Shown here: one piece after another, positions 40,085-51,802 of the stretch
How positions within the stretch are numbered: position 1 is the first letter of the stretch
How the letters are laid out: every line of letters starts with the position of its first letter
Source of the DNA: Chiloscyllium plagiosum
Lineage: Eukaryota
Assembly (NCBI RefSeq): GCF_004010195.1
Contig: NC_057718.1
Span: forward strand, 51,355,941 to 51,419,940
Direction: 5' to 3'
Length of the DNA: 64,000 nt
Notes under the pieces: model-generated
Databases searched by the model: none
The model's input: only the letters and a program-made list of their open reading frames with translations
Told to the model about the DNA's origin: nothing
Position numbers and translations under genes: made by a program

Positions 40085-40330
40085 AGCCGAGCAGGGATAG
40101 AGAGGCTGCTCAGATTTTGGGATGGTGCACTGCTGATATTATGTAGAAAGTGGAAAGATAGAAGGATGTCCTGTATCCTCAGATGGGTAGGAAGCCCTCG
40201 AGGAATGTCATTAGAAAGCAATGGCAATAGATATGCCCAGAGGTCAATGCCAGGAGCTTTTGTTGAATTAACTCGATATAGTGCTGGAAGAAGTTAACTG
40301 ATTCCCCAAAGTGGTGAAAATCAGTGAATG
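40085..40330 (+). mobile_element. Possible PIF/Harbinger Myb/SANT-like ORF relic
   Basis: Highly degenerate RAxRF.D.AL..L...VE..RDVLYP..GRKP....RKQW.....EVNARS pattern, read across frames by eye. Confidence 0.3.
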
Positions 40331-42829
40331 CAACTCAATTGCCCTAACCTGTCAACCACACCAACAATCTCAGCCATTTGACAATTCACCAAACTCATCC
40401 TCTTTCACCTACCAACAATCACCATCAAATACGACTCATACCTAAATTAAATGCTTCATCTCACTCTCACACTTAGCACTGTTACAAGCTACAAAATCCA
40501 TTTCTCAAGGGTTGCAATGCACAGGTAATAATAACTGCAAACACATTTTCCTCTTTCTTGCAGGGGCAAGTGTGGCACAACTAGAGACAGTATGATCCAA
40601 ACACATTTGAAGAAACGTGCCTAAATTTTCTAACCTGTATAGAGAAAATGACATTACTGTTGTCTTCAATGTGGCTTTAGCCCTTTGTTGGCTAGTATGT
40701 GAAGGCTGGAGCCACATTGAAGACAACAGTAACTTCATAATTGATTCTCCCATTCTAATCCTCCATCTCCCTAAGCACGTCTGGCTGTAAATTTGTAGAT
40801 GGTGTAAGCATACACTTCTCACTTTGTTCTCTCTCCCAATCAGAACCCTTCTCGTGTTCTTTTATCCTTTAAAATACCTAAGAACTGCAATACGCCCAGA
40901 TGGTGAAGGAATGGCAAGAAAAGAGTGAAAGTGAAAACATATCATCACTCTATTTCATATCAATAGCCACTAGCTTAGATATTAACTCTCTTTCATTTAT
41001 AGGATTGCCTGGAGGCCTGATCTGTGTATGCTGAGATATTGGAATCAAATACTTTGTAGCCAGGGCATCAGGAAACATGGTCAGCTCACCATAGGATGAG
41101 TTACACTTTACTTCTGCTGCAGTATACTAAGATAATGGCTTTGACATGCCTGAAGATGAACAAGACTGATGACCCATACACTAGATGCTCCCAGAGAACT
41201 AACATTCAATATTAAGGAGGATGAAGATGTCCAAAGGCATTTTGGCCAAAAGCTTAGACTCCATCCTTTTCAACATGGATTGAGCGATACACTTGCTCTG
41301 TCAACAACATCTGAGGGTTTCCAACAGATGTTTTTGCCTAAAGACACTCTTCAGCCCTGGCTTCCTGCTCAGTATTCATCTTCATCTCCCTTGTCGTCTC
41401 CATGATTATAACAGCTCCCTGCATGACCTCTGCTCATTCTCCAGACATATAAAATGCCAAGAGGCTACCTGTGGCTGGTTTGAGCACAAGATCATAAGGC
41501 ACAAAATAAAAATCCAACACCCAGTCAGATCACACGCTATAAACAACTGAGAGAGGAGGAATTGGTGACAGTGAATTACGCAAAACAGAATATCGTATAC
41601 AGATGACAGCACTATTTGAAAATGTGACGTGGTGATCGGTGGTGGAATGACATTTGACCCTGAAGAATGAAGAAAAGTGGAATTTACTACTTTAAGAGCA
41701 TTACTAATCTAAGAAGGCACAGCCAGCCAGCAGCTAAATATGAAAACCAACAGAAAGCAGTAGCTACATGACAGGGAGAATCAGCATTTCAAAGTCAGAT
41801 CTGCATCAGAAGCTGGTAGGTGGTGCAGGGAGAAAAATGTGGAGTGGAGAAAGAGGAAAAACCAAACCATGAAAAATACAGAGGACACGCTGTAGGGAGC
41901 AAGTAAAGGCTTCAGCGATAAGGTTAGATATGATTAAGAGAAAGATGGAGAAACCATTATGAAAATTATTCAAAGAAATGTAAGCGAAAGCAAGAGGGTT
42001 TAAAAAAAAGCCTCACTTCTCAAACATGTGTACTGCTGCTTTATGTATCATCTCCATGAGACTTAGCTTCAAAAGATCATGAAAAGGACAAAAAAGTAAA
42101 TTATTCTTGAGCTATAATATCAGATTGGCCTCAGAATTTATTTCAGACCAGAAAAGCACAATTTTAGCAAAATGTGAACTAAAGGCAAGCAGAAGAATAA
42201 ATGTCAGAAGATATTTAAGATTTAAAAGCACAAGGACTCAGTAATTAAACCTCAATTTTGCAGGGAAGATTTATATAGGCCACAGCCAAAGAATTTTAGT
42301 TTAAAATATGTGTAGAAAATACTACATTGTGTTTTTATATATTGCAGACAGAAAACAAATTCATTCTGTCCATGAGGAAGTATGAAAACTCTATCCTGGT
42401 TACAGAAGGTGGAAAGCTGTGAAAAAGGCAACAGTCCACCATTTTGATCATTTCTAAAGATGGGAACAACCCATTAAGCAATACAGTATTATAGTGAAAC
42501 AGAACTTAGAAGCTGAATGCATTAAATAATTACAAAACACCCCAGTGATGGGAATTAAAGTTATATTCCTTAATTTAACTTTGTAAAAACAACAGTACAG
42601 TGTTTAAAAAAAGACTGACAGACAAATAAATCAATACAAAATTGCAACTGCACACAGTGTCCAGTAAACTTGATACAGAATTGCTTCAACAGTAAAGATT
42701 AAATCTGAGGCTGAAAAAGTTAGCACACGACTCTAGTCAGTAGATCCTATAGCAGATGGTGTTACTAATTATCAAAATATTTTTTAAAAAGCTTCAAACT
42801 CTAAACAGCATTGATAATTATTTGAATTT

Positions 42830-44120
42830 GTGAACAAATAAAGTTCTTCAATGAACAAGATACAACAAGAGTGAACTTCAAATGAAATCCATAGATAATT
42901 TCACATAGATAATCTCATTCATGATCTCAACATATTAATGGAAAACTATGACTATGGAGCTTTAAAATAAGAATTCATACAAGACAGAATATTTGTTAGA
43001 ATTCTTCGTTAAACATTTACAGATTTCATGTAGCCCAAAGAAGATTTAACTTGACAGACAGCCATTCAAATTGTGCTTGTATCAGAAACCAAAAAGACTC
43101 ACAAATGGATCTTTAAAGAAAAAGAACAACTCTACCTCAGGTCAGCATCAGAACCTATTCCCATTTTAAGATATGAACATTTTAAAGAGAGACTCTAAAG
43201 CTAAAACAGAGAGTAAGCGAAACAGCAGATGCTAAGAGTCAGTGTCATTGCTGTGGGACAATCATAGGTATTCACCAGACATAGATAATGCCCAGCCTTG
43301 TTAAAGAAATGCTGTACTTGTAAAATTAGTACAGCACCCACATGATATTTTAGTAACCACATGAGACAACGCATTTTCATGAGAAAAGATACCAAAGGCA
43401 TTCCATGAAGAAATTACTGGTTGATATAACAGTGGTAATTCAACCTTCTATCTTTTACATAGCTTACTTATGTGAATGGACAAGGTGAAAAATCACACAG
43501 CATTAGGTTATAGTCCAAAACATTTCTATAAATCCATTTTTTAGATTAGTATCAGTCTGACCATTGTGGCACAAACAATCTCACCCAGGGCACCTCACAC
43601 CTTCAACGCATTATCTGGGCCAACATGACACCAACTGTTAAAGTTCACTTGAGAATGTAACTTTTAAAAAAAAATTCTGTGATTTACATATGAAAGAACT
43701 GAAATCAACATGTTCACTCTAAAAGATGAGAGACTAAACAAACAATCCAGGTCTTATTCAATATATAATTTCAGTTACATGACACTGTAAACTTTTGCTA
43801 TAAATTCTGTGTCCTACGACCTTATACTCCACAACCACCTGATGAAGGTCCAGCGCTCCGAAAGCTACTGCTTCCGAATAAACCTGTTGGACTATAACCT
43901 GGTGTTGTGTGATTTTTAACTAGGTTTATTTGGAACATTAATGGACATCTTGTTAACTTTAAGCTGGATAACAGAATGACTGTCACTATCTTCTCAGATC
44001 AAATACCATGGCTCAAGAAACTGTGGTTACAGTGTACAAAGATTAAATCACATGGTACAGGTGGAACCTGATTATAAGATTAATGATTGCAACAATTCAT
44101 AAGCTATTCGTCTTGCAGCA
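42830..44120 (+). mobile_element. Ancient Ty3/Gypsy LTR retrotransposon gag-protease relic
   Basis: IDNLIHDLNILMENYDYGALK*EFIQDRIFVRIL..KEDLT*QTAIQIV..SE (gag, ~42905-43090); QCHCCG..H..CPALLKKCCTCK zinc-knuckle remnants (~43240-43325); NGHLVNFKLDNRMTVTI (decayed FKLDTGA protease site, ~43940-43990). No RT or LTR recognised. Confidence 0.7.
43483..43939 (+). mobile_element. Penelope-like terminal repeat (fourth family) with inverted 5' piece, inserted in the Gypsy protease
   Basis: 8-bp TSD AATGGACA at 43475-43482 and 43940-43947. The 5' piece aaaaatcacacagcattaggttatagtccaa is inverted relative to 43888-43918. Hammerhead CAC-CTGATGA-A-GGTCCAGCGCTCC-GAAA-GCTA at 43836-43867. Confidence 0.8.
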
Positions 44121-44899
44121 TTAAAGGTGAAATATATATTTGCAATTAACCCGCCTTACTTTTCAGCCTAAAAAGATGGGATAGCTGTGTGGGATAAGAC
44201 TATCAAGAGGAAATAAATCAAAAAGACTTTATAGGACTGGTGGAAATTCTGCTGGCTTCTCAAACTGAACTGTCAGTGCCAGTGACAAAGATAGTGCTCA
44301 ATGAATAGCAATTATCCAGTAACACAACTGTAGATGTGATAAAGGCGAGTTCACTAGTCAAACGACCAACCGAAGACATCCGACCTGATTAACAGAGTGA
44401 GAGATACATGCTGTGTATAACACCATGGGAGTCAGTCCAATGTCCATAGATTTATTACACAGTCAAAAAGAAGAAATTGCCTGGTCCAAGTATCTAGAAT
44501 AATGTGGGTCAAGACAGTACTTATTTCAATCAGAAAGACATTGTTCGACCTTGAAATCCAGGATACTGCAAGGAAGAAAGTAATTGTTTCAACAGAGCAG
44601 CTGTCTTCCATAATGGACATTCATGAAATTAAAGGTCCTTCAGATGATGTTATGGTGAAAATATTTGTATTAGTAGTGAAGCCTTCCTCTGAAAAAGAAA
44701 TTCTGGAGTTTAAGGGTGCCACAGATGTGCTAACCAGCCAACAACTTGGTTCAATAGGAATGATGCCCTTTGGTGAAGAACATCCCTGAGATAAAAGATC
44801 CTTTAACAGATAAATGATTCACAGATCAGGATGAAGATGCATGCTGCAAGTGAACATTAAGTGTGCACATTCATCTATATCAACACATATTCTACAGAT

Positions 44900-45125
44900 G
44901 GGGATCAGTTAAGCTGAGTTAGCTGGATGGTTGGTTTGGGAAGCAGTGTGATGCTACTAGCATGGGCTCAATTCCCATCATCAGCTGAGGTCACCATGAA
45001 GGACTCTTCTCCTCAATGCACCCCTAACCTGAGATATGGTGGTCCTCAGGTTAAATCACCATCAGTCATCTCTCTCTCTAATGAGAGAACAGCCCATTGA
45101 ACTATAACCTGGTAAGACTATGGCA
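44900..45125 (+). mobile_element. tRNA-derived SINE
   Basis: A-box-like agctgagttagc, B-box-like gggctcaattccc, body ..cctcaggttaaatcaccatcagtcatctctctctctaatgagaga. A second, inverted copy lies at 61258-61420. Confidence 0.6.
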
Positions 45126-46311
45126 TCCTGACTTGCTTCCATGAATGCCTTGTAGCACCTAAAAGTAGGTACTATTTAGTCCTATTTCACCAATGAAATA
45201 TCTTTTCAATATAACCATATCCAAAAGCATCCCTGAAGAACAACACAGTACTTCACACCAGCTTTCCCTTTCACATTAATATAATGATGATAATCCATTA
45301 ATAATATAAATTCCCTATACTCTTAGGAGGCACAATATCAATTTTATCATTATACTCTTCTGTTACCCATTTGATCCACTGTCATGTTATCTCTGAATGT
45401 TTCACCTCTCATCTGTTGTCGATATCAAGAGGATATTTTAACTCTCCTCACTGGACAGAAATGAAGTAGATGTTCCTGACAATATTCTATTTATACTGAT
45501 TCTAACAGCTAATGAAGAGCCCAGGAGACACAGATGGAAGGATGGTACTTCAATGCTTATCAGAATTTTATATGAAAGGAATCCAGATTTAACTGAGACC
45601 TGCAACTGGCTAGATAGCAACTGGCTCTTCAAGGATATGCATTACTTTCCTTGTGAAACGAAGAGGGGCAAGAATGCATCAGAACACTCCACTATATTAA
45701 GGTTGCTATGTAACCGAGAGTTGATTTTATTCTCTGTGGAAGGCTTTTATTCTATAAATCATTTTGCTTTTTTTAAAATTATCTCATTCTATGCTGGAAG
45801 ACAGAGTTGAATCACTTGTCATTCCCTGGACAATTGTCAAATTCTTTTGAATGTTTTCACTGAAGACAACACTAGTCCTTGCTCAGAACATTTTGATCTT
45901 AATCATGCCTATAAATGGAAATGGTTTTGTTCTTCTCAGTTTACAACATAACTTCCTCATCCTTCTTGGAAGTCCAATCAATTGTTCATTTTGATCGATC
46001 CCCACTTAGCCATTCTTCATTCAAACAAAACTATTTGTATAAAACTTTTATTGGATTTCCATGGATTCCATGAAAATTTCTCAAAATGCTTACTTACTGA
46101 CTAATTACTTTTCAACTGTAGTCACTGTTCTTCCGTAGACAAATGAATCAGCCATTCTTCATCCAACCAGAACAGACAAATAACAATAAGATTAATGACC
46201 ATTTCATTATTTTGATGACATTGGTTCAGGAATAATTGCTTTCCAGAACAGGAGAAAAACTGCCTTAATAACGCTGTCTGCCTTATTAAGGTATCGCTTA
46301 TGTGGTCGTAA

Positions 46312-46489
46312 GGAGAAAGTGAGGACTGCAAAGGCTGGGAGGTCGAGTCTGGAATATGGTGCTGGAAAAGCACAGCAAGTCAGGCAGCATCCAAGGAGCA
46401 GGAGAATCCTGCTGAAGGGCTCTTGCCCAAAACGTCGATTCTCCTGCTCCTTGGATGCTGCGCTTTTCCAGCACCACACTCTCACCTTT
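46312..46489. mobile_element. Fold-back Penelope-derived element whose arms close the hammerhead core
   Basis: Perfect 25-bp inverted repeat 46384-46408 / 46437-46461 directly flanks CTGCTGA-A-GGGC-TCTT-GCCC-AAAAC-GTC. 11-bp TSD TGTGGTCGTAA at 46301-46311 and 46490-46500. Confidence 0.85.
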
Positions 46490-48343
46490 TGTGGTCGTAA
46501 CTATAGCTAAAAAAAAAATGTGTTCCCTGTTGGCACATTAATACTGAGAGCAACTTTTGGAATCTACGCATACAAAGTTAAAGATGTACATCCAGACATT
46601 GCTGTCAACCATTCTACCTTATACAGTGCACTGTTGAACTCCCACCATGTTGTACTCAAGAAGAAATCCCTGAACTAATAAAAACTTGGACTTTGCACTG
46701 TTAGACTCGTCATTGAATAACCTTTCAGAAAATTATAACTTGTTAAATGGGATGCAACTGGGTCTTTAACAGCATTTCAAGTCATCCTTACTAACAATTA
46801 CCACTGACACCAAAGTCTGAATTAAAAAAAATAATTTTATATTTATGGAAGCTCAAATTTCTACATTCACAAAACATGACTTTTTTTTTAAATAAAGGAA
46901 GTGCTTATTTATTTCCACTTTTTGTTTATTCCATATGTATGTCAGATCATTCATTGCACTGTCTGTAAAGTTATATGTAAAGTTATAAAATTTAATGAAT
47001 TTTACTTCCTGGTTTGCTGGCAGTAAGAATGCTACAATGTGATTGGCTTTGCATCCAATTTAATAGATACTGTTGCTGGACGTTCGGTAACCCCTTGTCT
47101 TCTTTGCATGCTTCAAATAATTTTCAGAAAAAGGGATTGAAAATTCCTTGGCTGCAGAGATCACTAGATCTTTGAAGGTGCCCTTGAGGCCAGCAGTGAC
47201 CATCATTGCTTCACACTGACCAGAACATCTGGGTTGCTGTGCTCAAGTTCTAGGTGACACAGGTTTCTATCTACTTCACTAATTGTTGAAATAGAATTCC
47301 ACATGTTTTCCATCATTAGGTTATCTCAACAATAACAAATAAAAATCCATTTCTTCTCTTCTACCAATATATTTCCCCTCCCTGATTCAGCTCCATAAGT
47401 TCTAACTCTATTCAGGCCATGAATAAAGGGATAATATTTGTGTAGAATAATCTAGGTGTTATCTGGCACTTCAGGACAATAAATACTTTTAAAATCTTGT
47501 TGTTCAACATGAAACACATCTCTGCTTGCAGTCTTTTACTCTGTGAACCTTCCTCTATGCTCCTAATGTGGTCATTATCATTAGCTATCTGATTTCTTCA
47601 ATTTCTTCAAACAGGCTGCCAAAATGTTCTTGCTCTCCACTACATCCTTATTATGGTAAAATAAAACTAATTGTACAGTCTCACTTAACCTCCTATTTCT
47701 TCTTAGTGTCCTTAACTGAGTAAAAGTCCCTTAAATCTTTTATTCTTGTGTCATCTGATTACTATTTGCTGATATATCTGAATATCCTCGTTAATTTTTT
47801 TTTGTTGACAGTGTCTGGACAATGGTCCTTGTGCTTTTTATTTGATATTTTCAACAACTTATAAAACAATACCAAAAAAGGAGAAAGTGAAAGGAACAGA
47901 TAGCAAAACAAAATCCAACAGTGGAACTCTCACTCATCTAACATCCAATTCAATCCTGCTGTCATAAAGAACATGGAGAATATAGTTTTTTCAAAATGTA
48001 GAACGAAAGCCAGTGTCAGCCAGTGCTAACATAAGGTTAACACTGATTTTATTTCTTAAATTGAATCTATTCTCTCTACCTTTTGGACATTTTGTGAAAC
48101 TGTAACAAGGAATGAACAAGTTGATATTGCCAGTTATTCTTTTCCCAAAACTGACATTTGTCTACAGCAAACATTTTCCTTATCCAACAGCCTTCACCTT
48201 CCAATCCAGACTTTCTTCATTCAGCCATGAGCCATCCTTGGTTTGAAACTGCCTGTCAGGTCTATGTTATGATTGACTGAGAAGAGGTGTTTCTTAAATA
48301 GGACAATTTCTATTAATACGTTTCTCACTTCAATGCTGCGCAA

Positions 48344-48375
48344 TACACCCTCTAGTGGCAAAAGATGGACTACAA
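48344..48375 (-). promoter_or_regulatory. CTCF motif with upstream (U) module
   Basis: Minus strand TGTAGTCC-atctttt-GCCACTAGAGGGTGT: a core close to CCACNAGRGGGCG with a TGCAGT-like module at the usual spacing, in non-repetitive DNA 3.2 kb inside the beta intron. Confidence 0.6.
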
Positions 48376-49559
48376 ACTTTGCCTGCTCAGAACAGCTAAG
48401 TATGAGTACCAGTCAATTACACGATTTGAACTTCACAGCCTGTGCTGGTTCATTAGTCCATATTATGTGTCAACATTACAGGCAGCTAGGATTACTTGAT
48501 TCTTTAAATGCAGAGCATTTTATGATATTCATATGCCATTCTACTTTCTATTACCAATGACTCAGCAAAACCTAATTCCATATGCTAATTTGCAAAATTG
48601 ATTCTAACAGCTATATCAATTCAATTTATAGAGAAGATTTAAAAATCTGTTGGAATAACACTTAAAGTAAACTTCTCGCTTTATTCTAAAGCTCAGTTTG
48701 TGATGGCAGTGGTAACTCCAAATGTCCAAATAAAAAGCTAAATAATATTTTAAAAGGCTTATTCAAAACATATTTTGGTAATGAATGCTTGTACATTTTG
48801 TTTTTTTTGTGCAAAATAGCACTCTTTCTCTTGGAGACAATGATTTTTTACAATCTTCACCAGACAGGAAAAGTAAAACTTCAGCACATCAGTATCACAT
48901 AATCAGATAAAGAGGAATCACAAGATTTAAGTACTATACAGAATAGAGAAAAAAAACAAATAAATTCTTAAGATGAATTATTTGTTGTAAATTTAATGAA
49001 AATATCAAGCATGTCATCATACAATTCACCAGGATATTGACCATCTGTGATGCTAAATGTGAAATATTGAATTACTGGCAAAATAATTTCACACAGATGC
49101 TTGAAATATAGCAAGTTATTCGATAATATTCCTCTGACTCATGAAGACTTCTGATAATATTAATCCCTCAGAAAATGTCCTGTGATACTGCAAGACAATG
49201 AGTAGGTTTCCATCATTGGGTTTTTCATGGTATTCACATTAAAAAAAAACTCGCACCTTCTCATTTCATTGTTTATTATCCCTTTCTCTTATCAGAAAAT
49301 AACAAAGGGAATCACCATAATTCAAGACACTCCAATCATTACTTATTTCTTCAACTACATTTTTAAATCTAGATAACTGAAAATTCTAAAAGGCAACAGA
49401 AGTTTGTTGAATGATACTGCTTAAAGGAACACTGTAATAGGTTAAAAGCTGAACTGTGCACAATTAGGTTACAACAGAGCCTGACTAAGGAAGAAAAGAA
49501 ATATTGTTCTGTAAACATCCTTATTACAGCTGGTCCTGCCCTTGCACAACAATATAGCA

Positions 49560-49631
49560 GGACTGTAACCTGGTTTTGTGTGATTTTTAACTTTGTACAC
49601 CCCAGTCCAACACTGGCATCTCCAAATCATG
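49560..49631 (+). mobile_element. Short Penelope terminal-repeat tail (fourth family)
   Basis: ggactgtaacctggttttgtgtgatttttaact matches 43889-43921. Confidence 0.65.
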
Positions 49632-51579
49632 AACACCAACAAGAGCACGGAAAGGAATTTTATTCATTCCGTCCTGTCATTTATTTAGAATTGCCACTTC
49701 TTTATTCATGTGCCTAACAAATAAATGCTTCCAGGCATTAAATTGGCATCAATATTATTTTAAACATAACTGACAATCAGTTGCTTTACTCAAAATACTG
49801 TGAATTGTTATTTTTAACAAGATACCATTCTGCCAACTTGTTAATTACATTAATGCAAGCAAGTTACTTAAATACTAGCTGAGTAACCAGATAACTACCT
49901 TTGTAGGCTTAATATCTGACACAAAACAGTAACTGTTAATATCTTGGAGGAAGGCAAAGTCATGAAATGGAACCATTATTCCGTAGTACTAGGAAAACGT
50001 CTAAAATAACTAATACTCTATCTTGTATACATTTCAGGGCAAAAGAGCTTGTACTGAGATACTTATCAAGAATCTACCAACATTTTTCCACTTGTGATTA
50101 CGTTCTGCAGACAACATCAAAGACTGCATATCTCACAGAAACATGGGGATGAAGATACACAGCAAATAATATTAACGGAGACACAATATGCACAGGCATG
50201 ACAAAGAGCACAAAAATCATCCTGATATCACCAAAGCATTTTAATGCAAATTATCAATGGATTGACACTTTAGAACGGATAAACTACAAATGAAAAATTT
50301 AACAGCATCAATATTTCGGTTAAAAATCTGTCAGTATTCACCAGCCTCTTACTGAAAATTTCCTTAATTCAATGCACTGACAATTAAAAATTTAAAGAAA
50401 AGATATATGAATGCTAAATCAGAGAACTAATGTCTAGGGCTTTGTGAAATTATGTGGAAAATTAATTTCAAGAGGAACAGCTCTTTACTGAAAATACCCA
50501 CTTCACATTTCTTAAGCTTTTCTTTGTCATTCAAGAAGAGTGTCTGATAACAAAAGATCAAATTAGATTCTAATGTCTAATCATCCATACAGGGTCAACC
50601 TGTGCTCGTATGCAAAGGTTAATCGTAAGATCTGTTTTTTCACCTCGGGAGTGGCATGGGATGATGGTTTAAATGAAGCATGGAATGAAGGGAAAATGAA
50701 GAAGGATGAACCTGTATATTCAAATCAACAGCTGCAGGTTTCACTAAAGAAAGCAAGCTACTGTTTTAGCTGTGTTAAAGTAAGACCATGGGAACAGTTT
50801 GATCGTGGTGCTGTTTAAATTATGTATGCTCACTCTCTCATTCTGCTTCATTTAAAATAGCACAAAAATAGCATTGGTTTTCTGTTTCAGTTTGGAATAA
50901 TATTGGTTTCGGTTTATTTTTTCACTGATGTTTCTTTCTGATTAGGAAGCAAATAATGAAGCTCCAGCAATCAGAAAGTGCCCAGAGATCAAAGATGACG
51001 GATTGAGGGACCCTTAGTTCACCTCAGCCTTTGGATTTAACCATTACTATTGTTGTAACGTCTAATTACAGTCTTGAATAGGTGATCAGGATGATGATGA
51101 AGCTAATCACAAACCAATTCAATATTCCATTATTATACTGCCTTCCTAAATAAACACATTAATAAAATCACATCTGAAGACTGAAATTTCTATTAGCATG
51201 AATTTAAAATCAAAATTCAGGTAACATTTGATAAGTATTAGATAAAAACAAAGGACGACAGTGCATAGGATAGGTTATGATTTTCAGTTTTCTTTTAATT
51301 CTGCTGCCTATTCATTAATTTTTGAATACAAATCAATATAGTACTGTATCCAAAGCTATAATTGATTTTGAAGTATTCTTTCAAATAACATTATTAAATA
51401 TCCTGGTTTAAGAATACAGACATACACATTGTGTTTTCTTCTTACATCATCTTAACAATCAGTTATCTTATTGGCAATAGAAAGGTTCATCTAAACTGTC
51501 CGAGATTTCAAGTTTAAACTATACACTACAATGACATAAACATGAAGAAGTAGAAGATAAATAAAAAGCAGAGACCCAC

Positions 51580-51802
51580 CATGTCCTCTTTGCAGTGAGG
51601 CAGGCGACCTGTATATAGCAATAGGCACTGAATGGTGTTTGCTGCCATGAAAATGGTGAATATGGTGAGTTCCACCTAAGCTCGAAGCACTCCATGACAC
51701 TCCAAAAAAACAGCTGAAAGTCAAAAGAACTATCCAAAATGCCAAATGAATACAGCTTGTGAGAGTTTCAATGCTGGACTTCACTGTTGCTCTCGGGTTC
51801 AT
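51580..51802 (-). CDS. NRXN1: Neurexin-1 beta-specific first coding exon (signal peptide + His-rich N-terminal segment), partial CDS
   Basis: Translates [74 protein letters not shown]+G. This closely matches my recollection of mammalian NRXN1-beta (..[52 protein letters not shown]). ATG at 51802 has A at -3. The exon ends CATG|GTGGGT, a phase-1 donor at 51579, as expected for joining the shared LNS6 exon (A-GTTYIF). An in-frame ATG also lies at 51829. Confidence 0.95.

Larger units (their letters stand above)
1..51579 (-). other. NRXN1: NRXN1 intron downstream of the beta exon (continues beyond window start)
   Basis: GT donor at 51579. No LNS6 (GTTYIFSKGGG) exon seen in the ORF track or by eye further downstream. 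Vertebrate NRXN1 introns here are known to be very long. Confidence 0.75.

Noticed and set aside
44502..44789. 95-aa plus-strand ORF as Gypsy integrase or host exon
   Set aside because: No recognisable integrase or host motif, and antisense to NRXN1.
51491..51579. Hydrophobic continuation of the beta ORF ([21 protein letters not shown]) as a transmembrane helix
   Set aside because: It lies past the GT donor in T-rich intron sequence, which translates as hydrophobic by default; no evidence of intron retention.
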